Positions 1-13,068 of a DNA stretch of 64,000 nt are shown here, piece after piece; within the stretch, counting starts at the first letter, position 1, and each line of letters opens with the position of its first letter. A model generated the notes under the pieces. The model saw nothing but the letters and a program-made list of their open reading frames with translations, ran no database searches and was not told the origin of the DNA. The translations under genes and the position numbers were made by a program. The DNA comes from an uncultured Actinomycetota bacterium (GTDB taxonomy: Bacteria > Actinomycetota > Actinomycetes > Mycobacteriales > Mycobacteriaceae), in NCBI GenBank assembly GCA_963800125.1, contig CAWDAC010000030.1, positions 98,736-162,735 of the forward strand, read 5' to 3'.

Positions 1-1951
<1,951 letters not shown>

Positions 1952-1961
1952 CTCTCGTCCC

Positions 1962-2029
1962 CCCGCGAGCGTGCGTGTCTGCAGGGGACATGCCGCGCAC
2001 GGTGCAGCCATTTTGCGCACGCTCGCGGG
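1962..2029. repeat. Intergenic palindromic (REP-like) element between convergent genes
   Basis: Perfect 14-bp inverted repeat CCCGCGAGCGTGCG (1962-1975) / CGCACGCTCGCGGG (2016-2029); a partial half-copy lies near 3245-3260. Confidence 0.7.
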
Positions 2030-2046
2030 TGAAACTGTGCGTACAG

Positions 2047-2595
2047 CTAGGCCTGCTTGAGCGCCTCGATCTCCAGCGTGATGTTGATCTTGTCGCCGAC
2101 GACGGTGCCGCCGGTCTCGAGAGGTAGGTCGATGTCGATACCGAAGTCCTTGCGGTTCAAGACGACTGATGCCTCAAAGCCCGCGACCTCGCCTTGGCCC
2201 ATGCCGGGATTGACGCCGTTGAACTCCACGTCGAGAGTCACCGGCTTGGTGACACCCTTGAGGGTGAAATCACCGTCCAGCAGATATTTGTCTCCCTCGG
2301 ACCGCACGCCAGTGGAGGTGAAAGTAGCGGTGGGATACTTCTCCACCTCGAAGAAGTCAGCGGACTTGATGTGGGCGTCGCGCTGGTCGTTGCGGGTGTT
2401 GATCGAGTCGACTGCGATCTCGGCGGTTACCGACGCTGTGCCGTCGTCGGCGACGACTATCGCACCGGTGAAATTCTCGAAGTTGCCGCGGACCTTGCTC
2501 ACCATGAGGTGGCGCACCGAGAACTCGATTGATGAATGGACGGGGTCAATGGCCCAGGTTCCGGCACTCAATTTGCTAGCCACCGCTGTGGTCAT
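2047..2595 (-). CDS. YceI-family protein
   Basis: WAIDPVHSSIEFSVRHLMVSKVRG, RDAHIKSADFF and GFEASVVLNRKDFGI are typical YceI motifs. Confidence 0.92.
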   Translation of the reverse strand: MTTAVASKLSAGTWAIDPVHSSIEFSVRHLMVSKVRGNFENFTGAIVVADDGTASVTAEIAVDSINTRNDQRDAHIKSADFFEVEKYPTATFTSTGVRSEGDKYLLDGDFTLKGVTKPVTLDVEFNGVNPGMGQGEVAGFEASVVLNRKDFGIDIDLPLETGGTVVGDKINITLEIEALKQA

Positions 2596-2669
2596 GGTCG
2601 TGTCTCCCTGACTTGGGGTGCCAGCCTGTCCGGCACCGTCAAAGGGGCTAAACGGACCTTAGTCCGGAT

Positions 2670-3131
2670 CTATTCCCGCTCGCCCCACACGGCCTGCGCG
2701 CCGGCATCACCGATCAACACGACGCCGACAGTCGACAAACCGCCGATCACGACGGCGAGCAGAGCGGCGACGGCGGCGAGCACCCGCTTTGGCTCCGACG
2801 ACCGCGACTCCACCCAGTGCTGGATCGCCTGGACGGCCGCCACCACCAGCAACGCGATGGCGATGTAGATCATCCATTGACCGCGCTCCTGGTGTGTTTC
2901 CAGGATGGCGGCGTGCTCCGGCAGCTGGTTGTACAGCCATTGACCGGCCGACGTAGTCAGCGGCGTCAGCACCATGACCGCTACCGCGAATGCCAGGACC
3001 AGCCACACCAATCGGCGTCGCGCAGCAGGCCACAATGCACAGAGGATTTCGAGCAGCGCGGTCAGCGGCGCGAGCACTACGACCGCGTGCACGAGCAGGG
3101 CGTGTGCAGGCAGTCCGAAGATCGTGGTCAT
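2670..3131 (-). CDS. DUF2231-like membrane protein
   Basis: GLPAHALLVHAVVVL start, four hydrophobic segments, HQERG and GDAGAQAVWG motifs. Confidence 0.8.
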   Translation of the reverse strand: MTTIFGLPAHALLVHAVVVLAPLTALLEILCALWPAARRRLVWLVLAFAVAVMVLTPLTTSAGQWLYNQLPEHAAILETHQERGQWMIYIAIALLVVAAVQAIQHWVESRSSEPKRVLAAVAALLAVVIGGLSTVGVVLIGDAGAQAVWGERE

Positions 3132-3299
3132 GGCGCTCCTGGGCTGGGGATGGCGACAGTCACCTTCGTATACGAGCCGAGCCTGACACTCGGTTCAGCG
3201 CGGCGCAGGATTTCAGCCCGAAGACAGGTGCGCCGCCCGGCATCTTGCGCACGCTCGTGGGTGCGGCCTCGGAATTGCTATACCTGCGTGATGAGCTAG

Positions 3300-3902
3300 C
3301 GATCAGCACCCACCGACAGAGACGCCGTCGTCCACGTCCGCCAGCTCACCGCCGATGAGCTCGAGGACGCGCGAAGTAAGAAGAAGTTCTTCAAGGAAAG
3401 CGCCTGGGACGAGTGGCGCACGACACAGGCCCTCAAGTTCGACGGACCCAACCACGAGTTCGAGGTATGTGAGAACTTCTCCACCGACTTGGTGTCGGTG
3501 CCCAGTGTCGTTGCGTGGTTCATCCCGCGCGCCGGGCGCTACGCGCGGGCGGCCGTGCTCCACGACTATCTGTGGCGCTACCCGGAGCGTCTCGGGATTG
3601 ACCACAATCAGGCCGACAGGCGCTTCCGGCTGCAGATGCAACGGGATGGTGTCAGCCTGCTGCGGCGCTGGATCATGTGGGCGGCGGTACGGATATCGTC
3701 GATCGTGCAAGGCAAGGGTGGCGCCGGCTGGTTGAAGGACCTCGCGGGCGCACTGCTGTTGCTGGTGTTCATCGCCCTGCCGATCGTTCTGTTGCCTGTC
3801 ATCACCATCGCGGTCTCCACGATCGCGTTCTGGGTTCTCGAGTCGATCGTCGCGCTGGTGGTGCCGGACGAGACACCGGTGCCGATCCAGTTGAAGACGT
3901 GA
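3300..3902 (+). pseudogene. DUF1353-family protein, 5' end disrupted or unclear
   Basis: Open frame after TAG 3297 contains FSTDLVSVP...AAVLHDYLW...ADRRFRLQM and a hydrophobic C-terminus; no clean in-frame start before 3489. Confidence 0.6.
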
Positions 3903-3905
3903 CCG

Positions 3906-6486
3906 CTACGCGGCAAGCGGCGCGTAGGTGGTGGTGCGCTGACGAGCGGGGCGGCCGATGCCCTCGGCGATCGCCACCAACTCTTCGACGGTCTTGGCCG
4001 AGCCGAACTCCGAGCCGGCCATCCGCGAGATCGTCTCCTCCATCAACGTGCCGCCGAGGTCGTTCGCGCCGCCGTTGAGCATCACCTGCGTGCGCTCGAC
4101 GCCGAGTTTGACCCAGCTGGTCTGAATGTGAGAGATCCTGCCGTGCAACATGATCCGCGCCAGCGCATGGACGGCGCGGTTGTCACGGTGGGTCGGGCCG
4201 GGGCGGGCCCCGCCGGCCAGATACAGCGGCGAGGACTGATGCACGAACGGCAGCGGCACGAACTCGGTGAACCCGCCGGTCTGGTCCTGGATGCCGCGCA
4301 GCACGCGCAGGTGCCCGACCCAATGCCGCGGCGTGTCGACGTGGCCGTACATCATCGTCGAACTCGACCGCAGCCCCACTTCGTGTGCGGTGGTGACGAC
4401 CTCGATCCACATCGACGTGGGCAGCTTGCCTTTCGTCAAGACCCAGCGGACCTCGTCGTCCAAAATCTCGGCTGCGGTGCCCGGGATGGTGTCCAGCCCG
4501 GCCTCGCGCAGGCCGATCAACCACTCCCGAATGGACAGCCCGCTCTTGGTGACGCCGTTGGCGATCTCCATCGGCGAGAACGCATGCACATGCATCGACG
4601 GCACCCGCTCCTTCACCGCGCGCACCAGATCGGCGTATCCGGTGATCGGCAGCTCGGGGTCGATGCCGCCCTGCATGCACACCTCGGTCGCTCCGGCGAC
4701 GTGCGCCTCCCACGCCCGGTCGGCGACCTCGGCGGTCGACAGCGAGTACGCATCGGCGTCGCCCTTGCGTTGCGCGAACGCGCAGAACCGGCAGCCCGTG
4801 TAGCAGATGTTGGTGAAGTTGATGTTGCGGTTCACCACAAACGTGACGTCGTCGCCGACGGTATCGCGGCGCAGCGAATCCGCCAGCGCGGCAACCGCAT
4901 CCAGGGCGGGCCCGTCGGCGGTGGCCAACGCCAGATACTCGTCATCGGTGCAACCGGCCGGGTCCCGCTCCGCTGAGCGCAACGCCGCGAGCCACATCGG
5001 TGTCGATCCGCTCCGGCGCCCGGGCGGCGAGCTCCCCCACCTTCTCCCGGATGGACTCCCAGTCCCCGAACGCACTGTCCAAGTCGCTGCGTGTGGTCGT
5101 CAGCCGCCCTTCGGCATCGATCGCAGAATGCAGATCGATCCGGCCGAGCGACTCGGCGGCCTCGTCGGGCTCCTGCCACGGCCGCCCCACCGGATTGACG
5201 TCCAACGCGAAGCCGGTGTCGGGGTCGGCCAACGCCGCGACATGCCTCTGAACGCGCGGGTCGATCCACGCCGCACCGGCCTGCACGTAGGGCGGCTGGG
5301 CGGTCAGCCGCTGCACCAGGTCGTAGCCCGCCTCGGCGGTGACCGCGGCCAGCTCGTCCAATGCCGGCCACGGCCGCTCGGGGTTGACGTGATCAGGGGT
5401 CAACGGTGACACGCCGCCCCAGTCGTCGACGCCTGCGCCGATCAGGGCCAAGCACTCGTCGCGCGACACCAGATTGGGCGGTGCCTGGATGCGCATCTTC
5501 GGTCCCAGCACCAACCGGGCGACGGCGACGGTCGCCACAAAGTCGTCGATGCCGGCGTCGGGCACCGAGGCCATCGCGGTGTGGTCCTTGGCCCGGAAGT
5601 TCTGCACGATCACTTCCTGGACGTGCCCGAACTCCTTGTGCGAGCGCCGGATTGCGTGCAGTGTCTCGGCGCGCTCGGTCAATGTCTCGCCAATTCCGAC
5701 CAGCAGGCCGGTGGTGAACGGGATGGACAGCCGCCCGGCGTCAGCCAGGGTCCGCAGCCGAACCTCGGGGTCCTTGTCAGGGCTGCCGTAGTGCGCCAGA
5801 CCCTTGGTCTCGAACAGCCGCCGCGAGGTGGTCTCCAGCATCATGCCCATCGACGGGGCGACCGGCTTGAGCCGCGACAGCTCCGACCAGGACATCACCC
5901 CGGGGTTCAGGTGCGGCAGCAGCCCGGTCTCTTCCAGCACACGGATCGCCATCGCCCGCACGTAGTCCAGTGTCGAGTTGTAGCCGCGCTCGTCGAGCCA
6001 TTGGCGAGCCTCGTCCCACCGCGTCTCCGGGCGATCGCCAAGCGTGAAAAGTGCTTCCTTGCAACCTAATTCGGCACCGCGACGCGCGACATCGAGGATC
6101 TCGTCGGGCTCCATGTACATGCCGAGGCCCTGTGCGCGCAGCTTGCCCGGAACGGTGACGAAGGTGCAGTAGTGGCAGGTGTCCCGGCACAGATGGGTGA
6201 CGGGGATGAACACCTTGCGCGAGTAACTGACCGGCAACCGGCCGTTGGGCCCGCGCCGACCCGACGACGTCAGACCGGCATCGCGCACCCGCGCGGCGCT
6301 GGCGCAGAGATCGGCCAGGTCGTCGCCGCGGGCGGTCATGGCGATGGCCGCCTCGTCGACGTTCAGCGCAACCCCGTCGCGGGCCCGCCGCAACACGCGC
6401 CGCACGGCGGCAGCGCTGGGCGCGCCGGACTTCAGGGAGACCACCGGGCTGGGCAGAGGTGTGCCGCGCTGGGGGTTCAGAGCCAC
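3906..6486 (-). CDS. fbiC: FO synthase (bifunctional CofG/CofH radical SAM), one +1 frameshift near 4992
   Basis: Two radical-SAM motifs, CRDTCHYC and CYTGCRFC, lie in two ORFs; removing one C at 4992-4993 joins them (..[17 protein letters not shown]..). Confidence 0.93.
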
Positions 6487-6711
6487 TCCCGTGTAACCCC
6501 GGCTTCGTCGAGAATCATCCACGCGTCTCACTATTTGAAACCCCTGCGCCTGGCATATCGGCAACAGTAGTCCGCGTGTCGACGACGGTGGCGGGCTGCC
6601 GCCCCGCAGGCGCCACCGACACGCCAATTGGCTTCGATTACCAGACGCAGCCAGCAACCCCGGCGTAGGTTTTCATCCAGGTCGGGGATTCCAAAAGACG
6701 AGAGAGCCGTT

Positions 6712-8024
6712 ATGAAGATTTCCGCACGGTCTGTCCTCATGGCCGGCGTCGCCACGGTCACGGCGAGCGCCGTCGCGATCGCGCCGTCGGTACAGCCTCC
6801 CCCGCCCCCTAGGCCGACGATTCAACTGGCGGCGGACGTCCAACTGCTGGCGCTCCAGGAACAGCCGCCTCTCCTCACTGTCCTGCTCAACTCACCGCTG
6901 GCGCTGCTCGGGACCGCAGCACCATTCGGCACGGTGCCCCCTCCGCCGGCTCCGATTCAGTTTGCCATCGCGCCGGATCATCGGCGACAGGATCAACGGC
7001 ATCTACAACGCCGTCGAGCCATGGGTGCAATACGGGTTCGAGGTCGCCACAGCGGTGGTGCGGCTGGATCCCCTATGTCGGCTGGTTGCGCCGCAGATCG
7101 ATCATGGACTTCTACATCTTCGGCGAAAGCGTGATCGCCATAGCATCGTCTTCAACATCGCCGATTGGCTTCGACGGCAACAGCAACTTCGGTCGAGAAC
7201 TTGGTCAATGTCGGCAGTCGACACCATCGACGCGTTCATCTGGTTCGGAATTGACCAGTGGAACTTCTGGTTGCCGAACGATCCCGCTACCGCCGTTGCC
7301 GCGCGCATCTTCACGTTCTCAGCAGGCGACGACGCTGATGGGCCCGACGGAGGCGCCGGGGGTTGGAGTCGCGAATGCCGGCGGCTTGGTGCTCGCCTTG
7401 CTCGACCGCGTTCTCAACAACCCCCTCAACGCCGACGGAGACGTCGACGGGGCTTTCAAGGGCGGCGCTACGTTGAGCTCCCTCATTAGGAACGGAATCG
7501 CAGAAATCGGCGACCTCTTGAGTGTTCCGTTGTCGCCGCCAGTGACTGCTCAGACGGGCGAACTGGAGAGGATGTCGGACATCGGTACCGTCCCGTCGAT
7601 CGGTCAAAACGCCGTTCACGCAGTTCAATTCCGCGCTCAATTCTCGTGCGCGGACGTCGACGAGACCTCGCCTGGTCCTCTGACCGAGGTGACCAAGACG
7701 GTACGCAACGTGCGCAACGAAATCCGCGCCAATTTCAATGCGGCCACCGAACGCCGGACCGAAGGAGCCGCCACCAACGGCGTAGTCCGGGCTCAGGGTG
7801 AGGTGCGCGGTGCGGTCGCCAGGGCGGTAAACGACGTCGTCAACGCCGTGCGCGCAGGCAGGCCGGGCAAGGTCACCGACGAGGTCGCGAAGGCGCCGAC
7901 CACCGTGGCCAAGAGTTTCCGCGACACCGCCAGGAAGGTCGTCAAGAACGTGCGGCAGGCCGTCGAAAGGACGTCCGAGAGGCCGCCAAGGACCGATCCG
8001 CCGGCGACGACGAGTAACCGCTAG
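6712..8024 (+). pseudogene. Putative secreted protein of a non-tuberculous mycobacterial family, several frameshifts
   Basis: Signal-like N-terminus MKISARSVLMAGVATVTASAVAIAP plus PxxQLAA; coding-like text hops across at least four frames; low-complexity C-terminus. Confidence 0.65.
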
Positions 8025-8395
8025 CGCGGCCGGGTGCGCCGATAGAGCACCAGCGCGGGCGGAAGCGCGCCCAGCACGATCAGCAGCAGCAGCGCGTACT
8101 CCGCACTGAACACTTCGTCATCACCGGGACCCGGGAAGGTGAGCCCGGCGACCGTCGCCAGCCAGGTCCACAGCGGTAGGGCCGCCAGCCGCGGCGACGA
8201 CGTCCACTGCAGAGCGGCCCACACCAGCGCCGCGTTGAGCAGGCCGCTGAGCAGCGCGCTGATGGGAAACGGGACCGAGCCGAGGCGAAGCGGAAGGAAG
8301 AAGGCGGCGAGTACCGCCGAGATGACGCCGTCGACGGCAAGCAGCGTGAGCACGACGGCACGCAGAGCCCGAGTGTCGTCGGGCGACAGGCTCAG
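8021..8395 (-). CDS. Rv1171-like membrane protein
   Basis: [16 protein letters not shown]...[20 protein letters not shown]...GPGDD; located next to mshB; start approximate. Confidence 0.8.
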   Translation of the reverse strand: MSLSPDDTRALRAVVLTLLAVDGVISAVLAAFFLPLRLGSVPFPISALLSGLLNAALVWAALQWTSSPRLAALPLWTWLATVAGLTFPGPGDDEVFSAEYALLLLIVLGALPPALVLYRRTRPR

Positions 8396-8499
8396 GTCGG
8401 GATGCTGTCGAGCACCGACACGAGCGAACCGACCACCCACTGGAAGCTGTCCAGGCGGTCCTGCCAGTGCTGCAGGTTGGGGTCCAGATCCGGGTCCAT
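8392..8499 (-). CDS. 35-aa small protein [35 protein letters not shown]
   Basis: ATG at 8499 preceded by AAAGGA; TGA at 8392-8394 overlaps the next gene; too short for the ORF track. Confidence 0.7.
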   Translation of the reverse strand: MDPDLDPNLQHWQDRLDSFQWVVGSLVSVLDSIPT

Positions 8500-8553
8500 G
8501 ACTGTCCTTTGTCTCTGCGGCCACTCGGTCGAAGCGTACCCGGTGACTCGCGG

Positions 8554-9439
8554 TCATCCGAGGTTCAATCCGGCGAGGAGGTCGGTCTCCCAGCCGCGGT
8601 GGTCGCGTTCGCCGGGCGTTGCCGGCGGCAAGGATGTAGTGCTCGGTCGCTCCGATCGGCAGCGCGATGTTGTTGGACAGCGCGCATGACTTGCCATTCG
8701 GGGCGACGGTTACCTGGGTGGCATGGGCCCGCAGCGCGGCGACCTTGGCCGGCAACTGCTCGGGGGCATCGATGACGGCGTCGATCTCGTCGTCGGGGTA
8801 GCCGAACGGGACGTCGTCGATCGACACCCGTGTCCAGCCGTCGGGGACTCCGTCCAGTTGCGCCAGGCCGGCGGCCATCGCGCTGGTGGCCATGACGGTC
8901 CAGTAGAACTTGGGCACCTGCCAGCGATTGCCGGGATATTCGTCCGAGCCGGAGGCAGCAACGGCCGCGGAGGTGACCCGATGGGTCTGGACGTGGTCGG
9001 GGTGGCCGTATCCGCCTTTGGGGTCATAGGTAACGACCACGTGGGGACGCAGTTGCCGGATGATGCCGACGAGTTCGCTGACGGCCTCGCGCATATCGGC
9101 GTCGATAAACCGCTGCCGGTGTCGGGGGCGGGTGCCGTCCATCCCTGAATCACGCCAGTGCCCGGGACCGCCGAGAAACATGGGCGGCCCGACCCCAAGC
9201 GCGTTTAGTGCGGATGTCAGTTCGCTGATGCGGTAGCCGCCAAGCTGATCGGCGGCGTCGACGGCGAGTTGTGCATACAGATCGCCGATGACCTCGCCCT
9301 CTTCGCCCAGCGTGCAGGTGACGACGTGCACGTCGGCGCCGCGCGCGGCGTAATGTGCAATGGCTACACCGGTTGTCAAACTCTCGTCGTCTGGGTGTGC
9401 GTGCACAAAAAGCAGACGGGGCGTTTTCTCGGACAACAT
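8554..9439 (-). CDS. mshB: GlcNAc-Ins deacetylase (mycothiol biosynthesis), +1 frameshift near 8619
   Basis: HAHPDDE and GGYGHPDH motifs; removing one base at 8619-8620 restores the ..[22 protein letters not shown] ending. Confidence 0.93.
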
Positions 9440-10151
9440 CAAGCCTCACGCTACCGCCGGGTCCGCAACTGCTCGCCAGCAGAGTCGGCCACCCGTGATC
9501 GAAACTGACCGCAATCGGCGGCCCGACTCGGAGGCGGATGAACGGCACCGCCGCCGGGTGCGGTCACTTTGGTCGCCTTTGTCGGCTCGGAAACGGCCGC
9601 ATCGTACAGACAACTGACAGTCGACGTAGAGGATCCGCAAAGTAGCTGCCGAAGCCGTACCGCATTGCCATGCCCGCGCGTGTCGGGCCGGAATTCGATG
9701 CTAAATCTCTGAGTCAGCGAGGACAATTGAAGGCATATCCAGCTAACCGTTGCCAAGCGTTCACTCGAACCGATTGACGTTGCCAAGATGTTGCACATGG
9801 GTCGCATGTTCCGAAAATCGCCCCTACGACACTGCCCAGTTCGGACATGGTCAGACTCCGGACGCCGCCCGCTACCACAATGTGGCAAACACATCTCGGT
9901 AAGCAAAACCCTGGAAACAGTGCTCGGCCCTTGTAACGTAGCAATTACGACTTGGTAACACACTTATAGCTGCTCCGGCCGTGAGCACTGAATTGATCAT
10001 GAAATCTTCGTGCGGGGGCGACGAATGTTTGCCAGGATCAAGATCGCCTGCAAGACGTTTCTGACCAGCTATTGAGCGCCGTACGTGAGCTTATTTGCAT
10101 TTGCAACGAACGTCGCCACAGGGCCTCTGAACGGTTGAGTCCGCTGCCGCT

Positions 10152-10595
10152 GTGGCTAAGGTGCCCGGCGGTGCGGCCAGGTCGTTAACGTTGACCGCGC
10201 CGGTCGAAAAGAGCGCTCCGGCACCCGAATCCGGCACCACGCCGGGCGACGAGAAGACGGGATCGGGTACGGTCGACGTCGGCACGGCGGTCCCGAGCGC
10301 GGGGACGAAAGACTCGTCCGGCGAGGTGACCCCAACAGACAACAAGGGAAACCTCAAGGGCGGCAATCTGTTCGTGCCCGGCGGGACCGCTGCCAAGGGC
10401 GGCAGGCATCGCGCCGACAACGGCGCGAGCTTCGGTCAGGGGCTCAGGGACGCGGCCGAGAAGACCGTCAAGGGGCTCACCAGCCTCGGTCACGGCGGCA
10501 AGTCCGAAAGCTCTGGCGCTAGCGCCTCCCACAGCGCAGTTCCGGTTCCGGCGGCTCCGGCTCCGGCAACGGCAGCTGACAAGCGAATCGAATGA
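10152..10595 (+). pseudogene. Orphan C-terminal low-complexity tail of a secreted/PE-PPE-domain-type protein
   Basis: GNLKGGNLFVPG..GGRHR..FGQGLRDAAEKTVKGL resembles tails of such proteins; no N-terminal domain upstream. Confidence 0.5.
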
Positions 10596-10648
10596 CCGCT
10601 CTGGTAATCGGCCCCCTCCCGCCCGGCAGGGGGCCGATTCCGTTCGGC

Positions 10649-12538
10649 CTACTGCGGCTCTTTGGCCCACTTGCCGGCGTCGCCGACGATGCCGACCGGA
10701 ACCGCGCCGGACAAACTGACGTTCTGCACCCGGGGACCGGCCGCGACGATCGTGGTGTCCTGCAGGATCGGCAGGACCGTGGACATGTTCCACAGCCGAG
10801 GCTCTACCGCGTCGATCACCTCGCCGATGTCCTCGGTACCCCGCAGCGCTCCGTCGATCTTGGGCTGGATGCTGCGGTCGCAGATGCCGGTGAGGTTACT
10901 GGGCGCCTGGACGAGTTCGTCCGACTCCGGCGCCGGGCTTGTCGTTGTCGGTGTCGCCGTCGTGGTGCCGGTCAGGGGCGGCGGGTCCTGGATGGCGCCC
11001 GGGGTCGGCGACGGCGTTGACGTCGTGGTCGCGCCTGCAGTGGTCGTCGACACTGGCGTCGCCTCCAGCGCCCGGCAGCCGTACCGCGAGGCCAGCGCCG
11101 TGGCGAGGTCGCCGCCCGCCTGATGCCAACCGACGATCGCGTCCACCCGGTTTTGCGCGACCGCATCGCCGTAGAGCACCGCCGGATCCAGCCCCAGCAC
11201 CGACGCCTCGATGCCGACATTGCGCAACTGGTCGGCAGCGGTGTTGGCGACGGCCACCGATGTCGGATCGTTGGCCGCCACACCGAGCACCAGCGCCAGC
11301 GGCACACCGTCCTTGGTGATTCGCCCGCGGTTGTTGTCCGGCACCGGGGTGCCGGGCGTGGGCGGCATCGACGTTTCCACGGGCGAAACCTGGTAACCGC
11401 TGTTCGCCAACAACTCGAGAGCGGCTTCCTTGGTCATGGCGGGCGGCGCGGTCGGCACGTACCCGGGGTCGGACGGTGAGCGCACCTGCGCCTGCGCCAG
11501 CGTCACGGTGTTGTCGCTGCCGGCACCGACCGCAGCGAGGAGGTCGACGTCGAGCAGACCCAGAATCGCCTCGCGCACTTGGGAATCGGCGAGCTTGGGC
11601 TGCTGGGCCCGCAGCGTCAACTGCATCACCCGCGGAGTCACGATCCGCGCTGTGCGCACGTCGGGAATGGCGGAGAGCTGTGCAAACGCCGCCGCGCCGC
11701 CATGCACCTGAGCGACCTGCGTGTCGCCGTTGCGGATCGAGTCGGCCAGCGCCGCGGTCGCCCCCGCCCGCCTGAACAGCAGTTGGTCGGGATGTGCGGG
11801 CGCGGCCCAGTACCTGTCGTTGCGCGCCAACAGGATTTCCTCGCGCTGCGGGTCGATGTTGTCCACCCGGAACTGGCCGCCGGTCACGGGCAATGCGCGG
11901 ACCAGGCCGGCCGCGAAGCCGCCCGGCACGTCCTTGACGATGTGCGCGGGCAGGATGTCGTTGAACATTTCCCGCCACGCGGGATAGGGCTGCGAGAACG
12001 TCACCACCGCGGTCTTGCCGCCCTCGATGGACTGCACGCCGGTGATGAGGTCGTATCCGGCGGGGTCGACGACGCCGGGCTGACTGACCATCTGCTGCCA
12101 GAGGTACCAGTAGTCGTCGGCGGCGATCGGCGCATTGTCGGTCCACTGCGCTTCCGGCCGGATCTTGTAGGTGACGGTGAACGGGTTGTCGTTCGTCACG
12201 TCCGCCGACACCAGCAGCGTCGGGTCGAGCACCCACCGCGAGCCCGTCGGCGACGCCGGATCCGGGACGGGGCGGAAGGAACTCGGCAGGACCAACGAAC
12301 TGATGGCCGCGTTCACCGGCGACTGATCGGACAGCAGGTGGGCGTTGAAACCGGGGCCGATCGTGTCGATGGCCATGATGATCTGCATGGCCCGCGGCGG
12401 CGGCGGTGCGGTGGTCTCCGTGGTGTCCGTGCTCTGCGGCGCCGGCGGTGGGCTGACCGTGCAGCCGCCCAGCACCAGCGCCGGTGCCAAAATCAGCACA
12501 CCAATCGTCGCGCGAACGCGGCGGGAGGGGGACGGCAC
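10649..12538 (-). CDS. lpqW: Solute-binding-family lipoprotein LpqW
   Basis: Lipobox LGGC; [24 protein letters not shown]; located next to typA. Confidence 0.92.
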   Translation of the reverse strand: MPSPSRRVRATIGVLILAPALVLGGCTVSPPPAPQSTDTTETTAPPPPRAMQIIMAIDTIGPGFNAHLLSDQSPVNAAISSLVLPSSFRPVPDPASPTGSRWVLDPTLLVSADVTNDNPFTVTYKIRPEAQWTDNAPIAADDYWYLWQQMVSQPGVVDPAGYDLITGVQSIEGGKTAVVTFSQPYPAWREMFNDILPAHIVKDVPGGFAAGLVRALPVTGGQFRVDNIDPQREEILLARNDRYWAAPAHPDQLLFRRAGATAALADSIRNGDTQVAQVHGGAAAFAQLSAIPDVRTARIVTPRVMQLTLRAQQPKLADSQVREAILGLLDVDLLAAVGAGSDNTVTLAQAQVRSPSDPGYVPTAPPAMTKEAALELLANSGYQVSPVETSMPPTPGTPVPDNNRGRITKDGVPLALVLGVAANDPTSVAVANTAADQLRNVGIEASVLGLDPAVLYGDAVAQNRVDAIVGWHQAGGDLATALASRYGCRALEATPVSTTTAGATTTSTPSPTPGAIQDPPPLTGTTTATPTTTSPAPESDELVQAPSNLTGICDRSIQPKIDGALRGTEDIGEVIDAVEPRLWNMSTVLPILQDTTIVAAGPRVQNVSLSGAVPVGIVGDAGKWAKEPQ

Positions 12539-12705
12539 GCTACTCAGGGTATCGACACGTCGTCGAGCGGCCCGGAAGCCAGCCGGTCGGTCGCAAGCCT
12601 GCTCTCACACAGGCCCGCTTACCTTGCCCGTCGCGCGGGCGACAGGTGAGCAACCTCTGTGGATTGGCGCTCCCCAGGTGACTGCACGGCCAATAGGATG
12701 GTGCG

Positions 12706-13005
12706 GTGGCCACCCTGGAAGACCTGGAAGCGCGGGTAGCGGCGCTGGAAGCTTCACAGGCCGACTACCGCGCGGTGCTCGCCGCGGTCAACGCGCTTGG
12801 CGCGAATCAGCGGGAACATACGCTGGGATTCGCGGCAGTCACGACAGACCTGGCGGCCGTAACGAAAGACCTCGCGGTCGTCAAGACAGAGCTGGGCGAC
12901 TTTGGCGAAGAAACACGCTCCACGTTCCGCTCGGTCGACGAGCAGCTCGCCGAAATTAAGGATCTGATCATCGGCCGTCGCGACGGTCAGTGGCCGCGAG
13001 CGTGA
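12706..13005 (+). CDS. Small coiled-coil hypothetical protein
   Basis: Heptad-rich LEDLEARVAALEASQ and VDEQLAEIKDLI; 99 aa. Confidence 0.7.
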   Translation: MATLEDLEARVAALEASQADYRAVLAAVNALGANQREHTLGFAAVTTDLAAVTKDLAVVKTELGDFGEETRSTFRSVDEQLAEIKDLIIGRRDGQWPRA

Positions 13006-13068
13006 AAGCTCTGCGAAGACTTGGAAACTCGCAATGGATTCACACTCGGCGAGGCGTCCGGCCGATTG

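Noticed and set aside
8021-9442. Apparent 473-aa MshB-membrane protein fusion
   Set aside because: Produced by one extra base at 8619-8620; the natural mshB stop (8554) and a separate small ORF lie in between
9714-9944. 76-aa Cys-containing ORF in the low-GC tract
   Set aside because: Atypical composition and no RBS or motif
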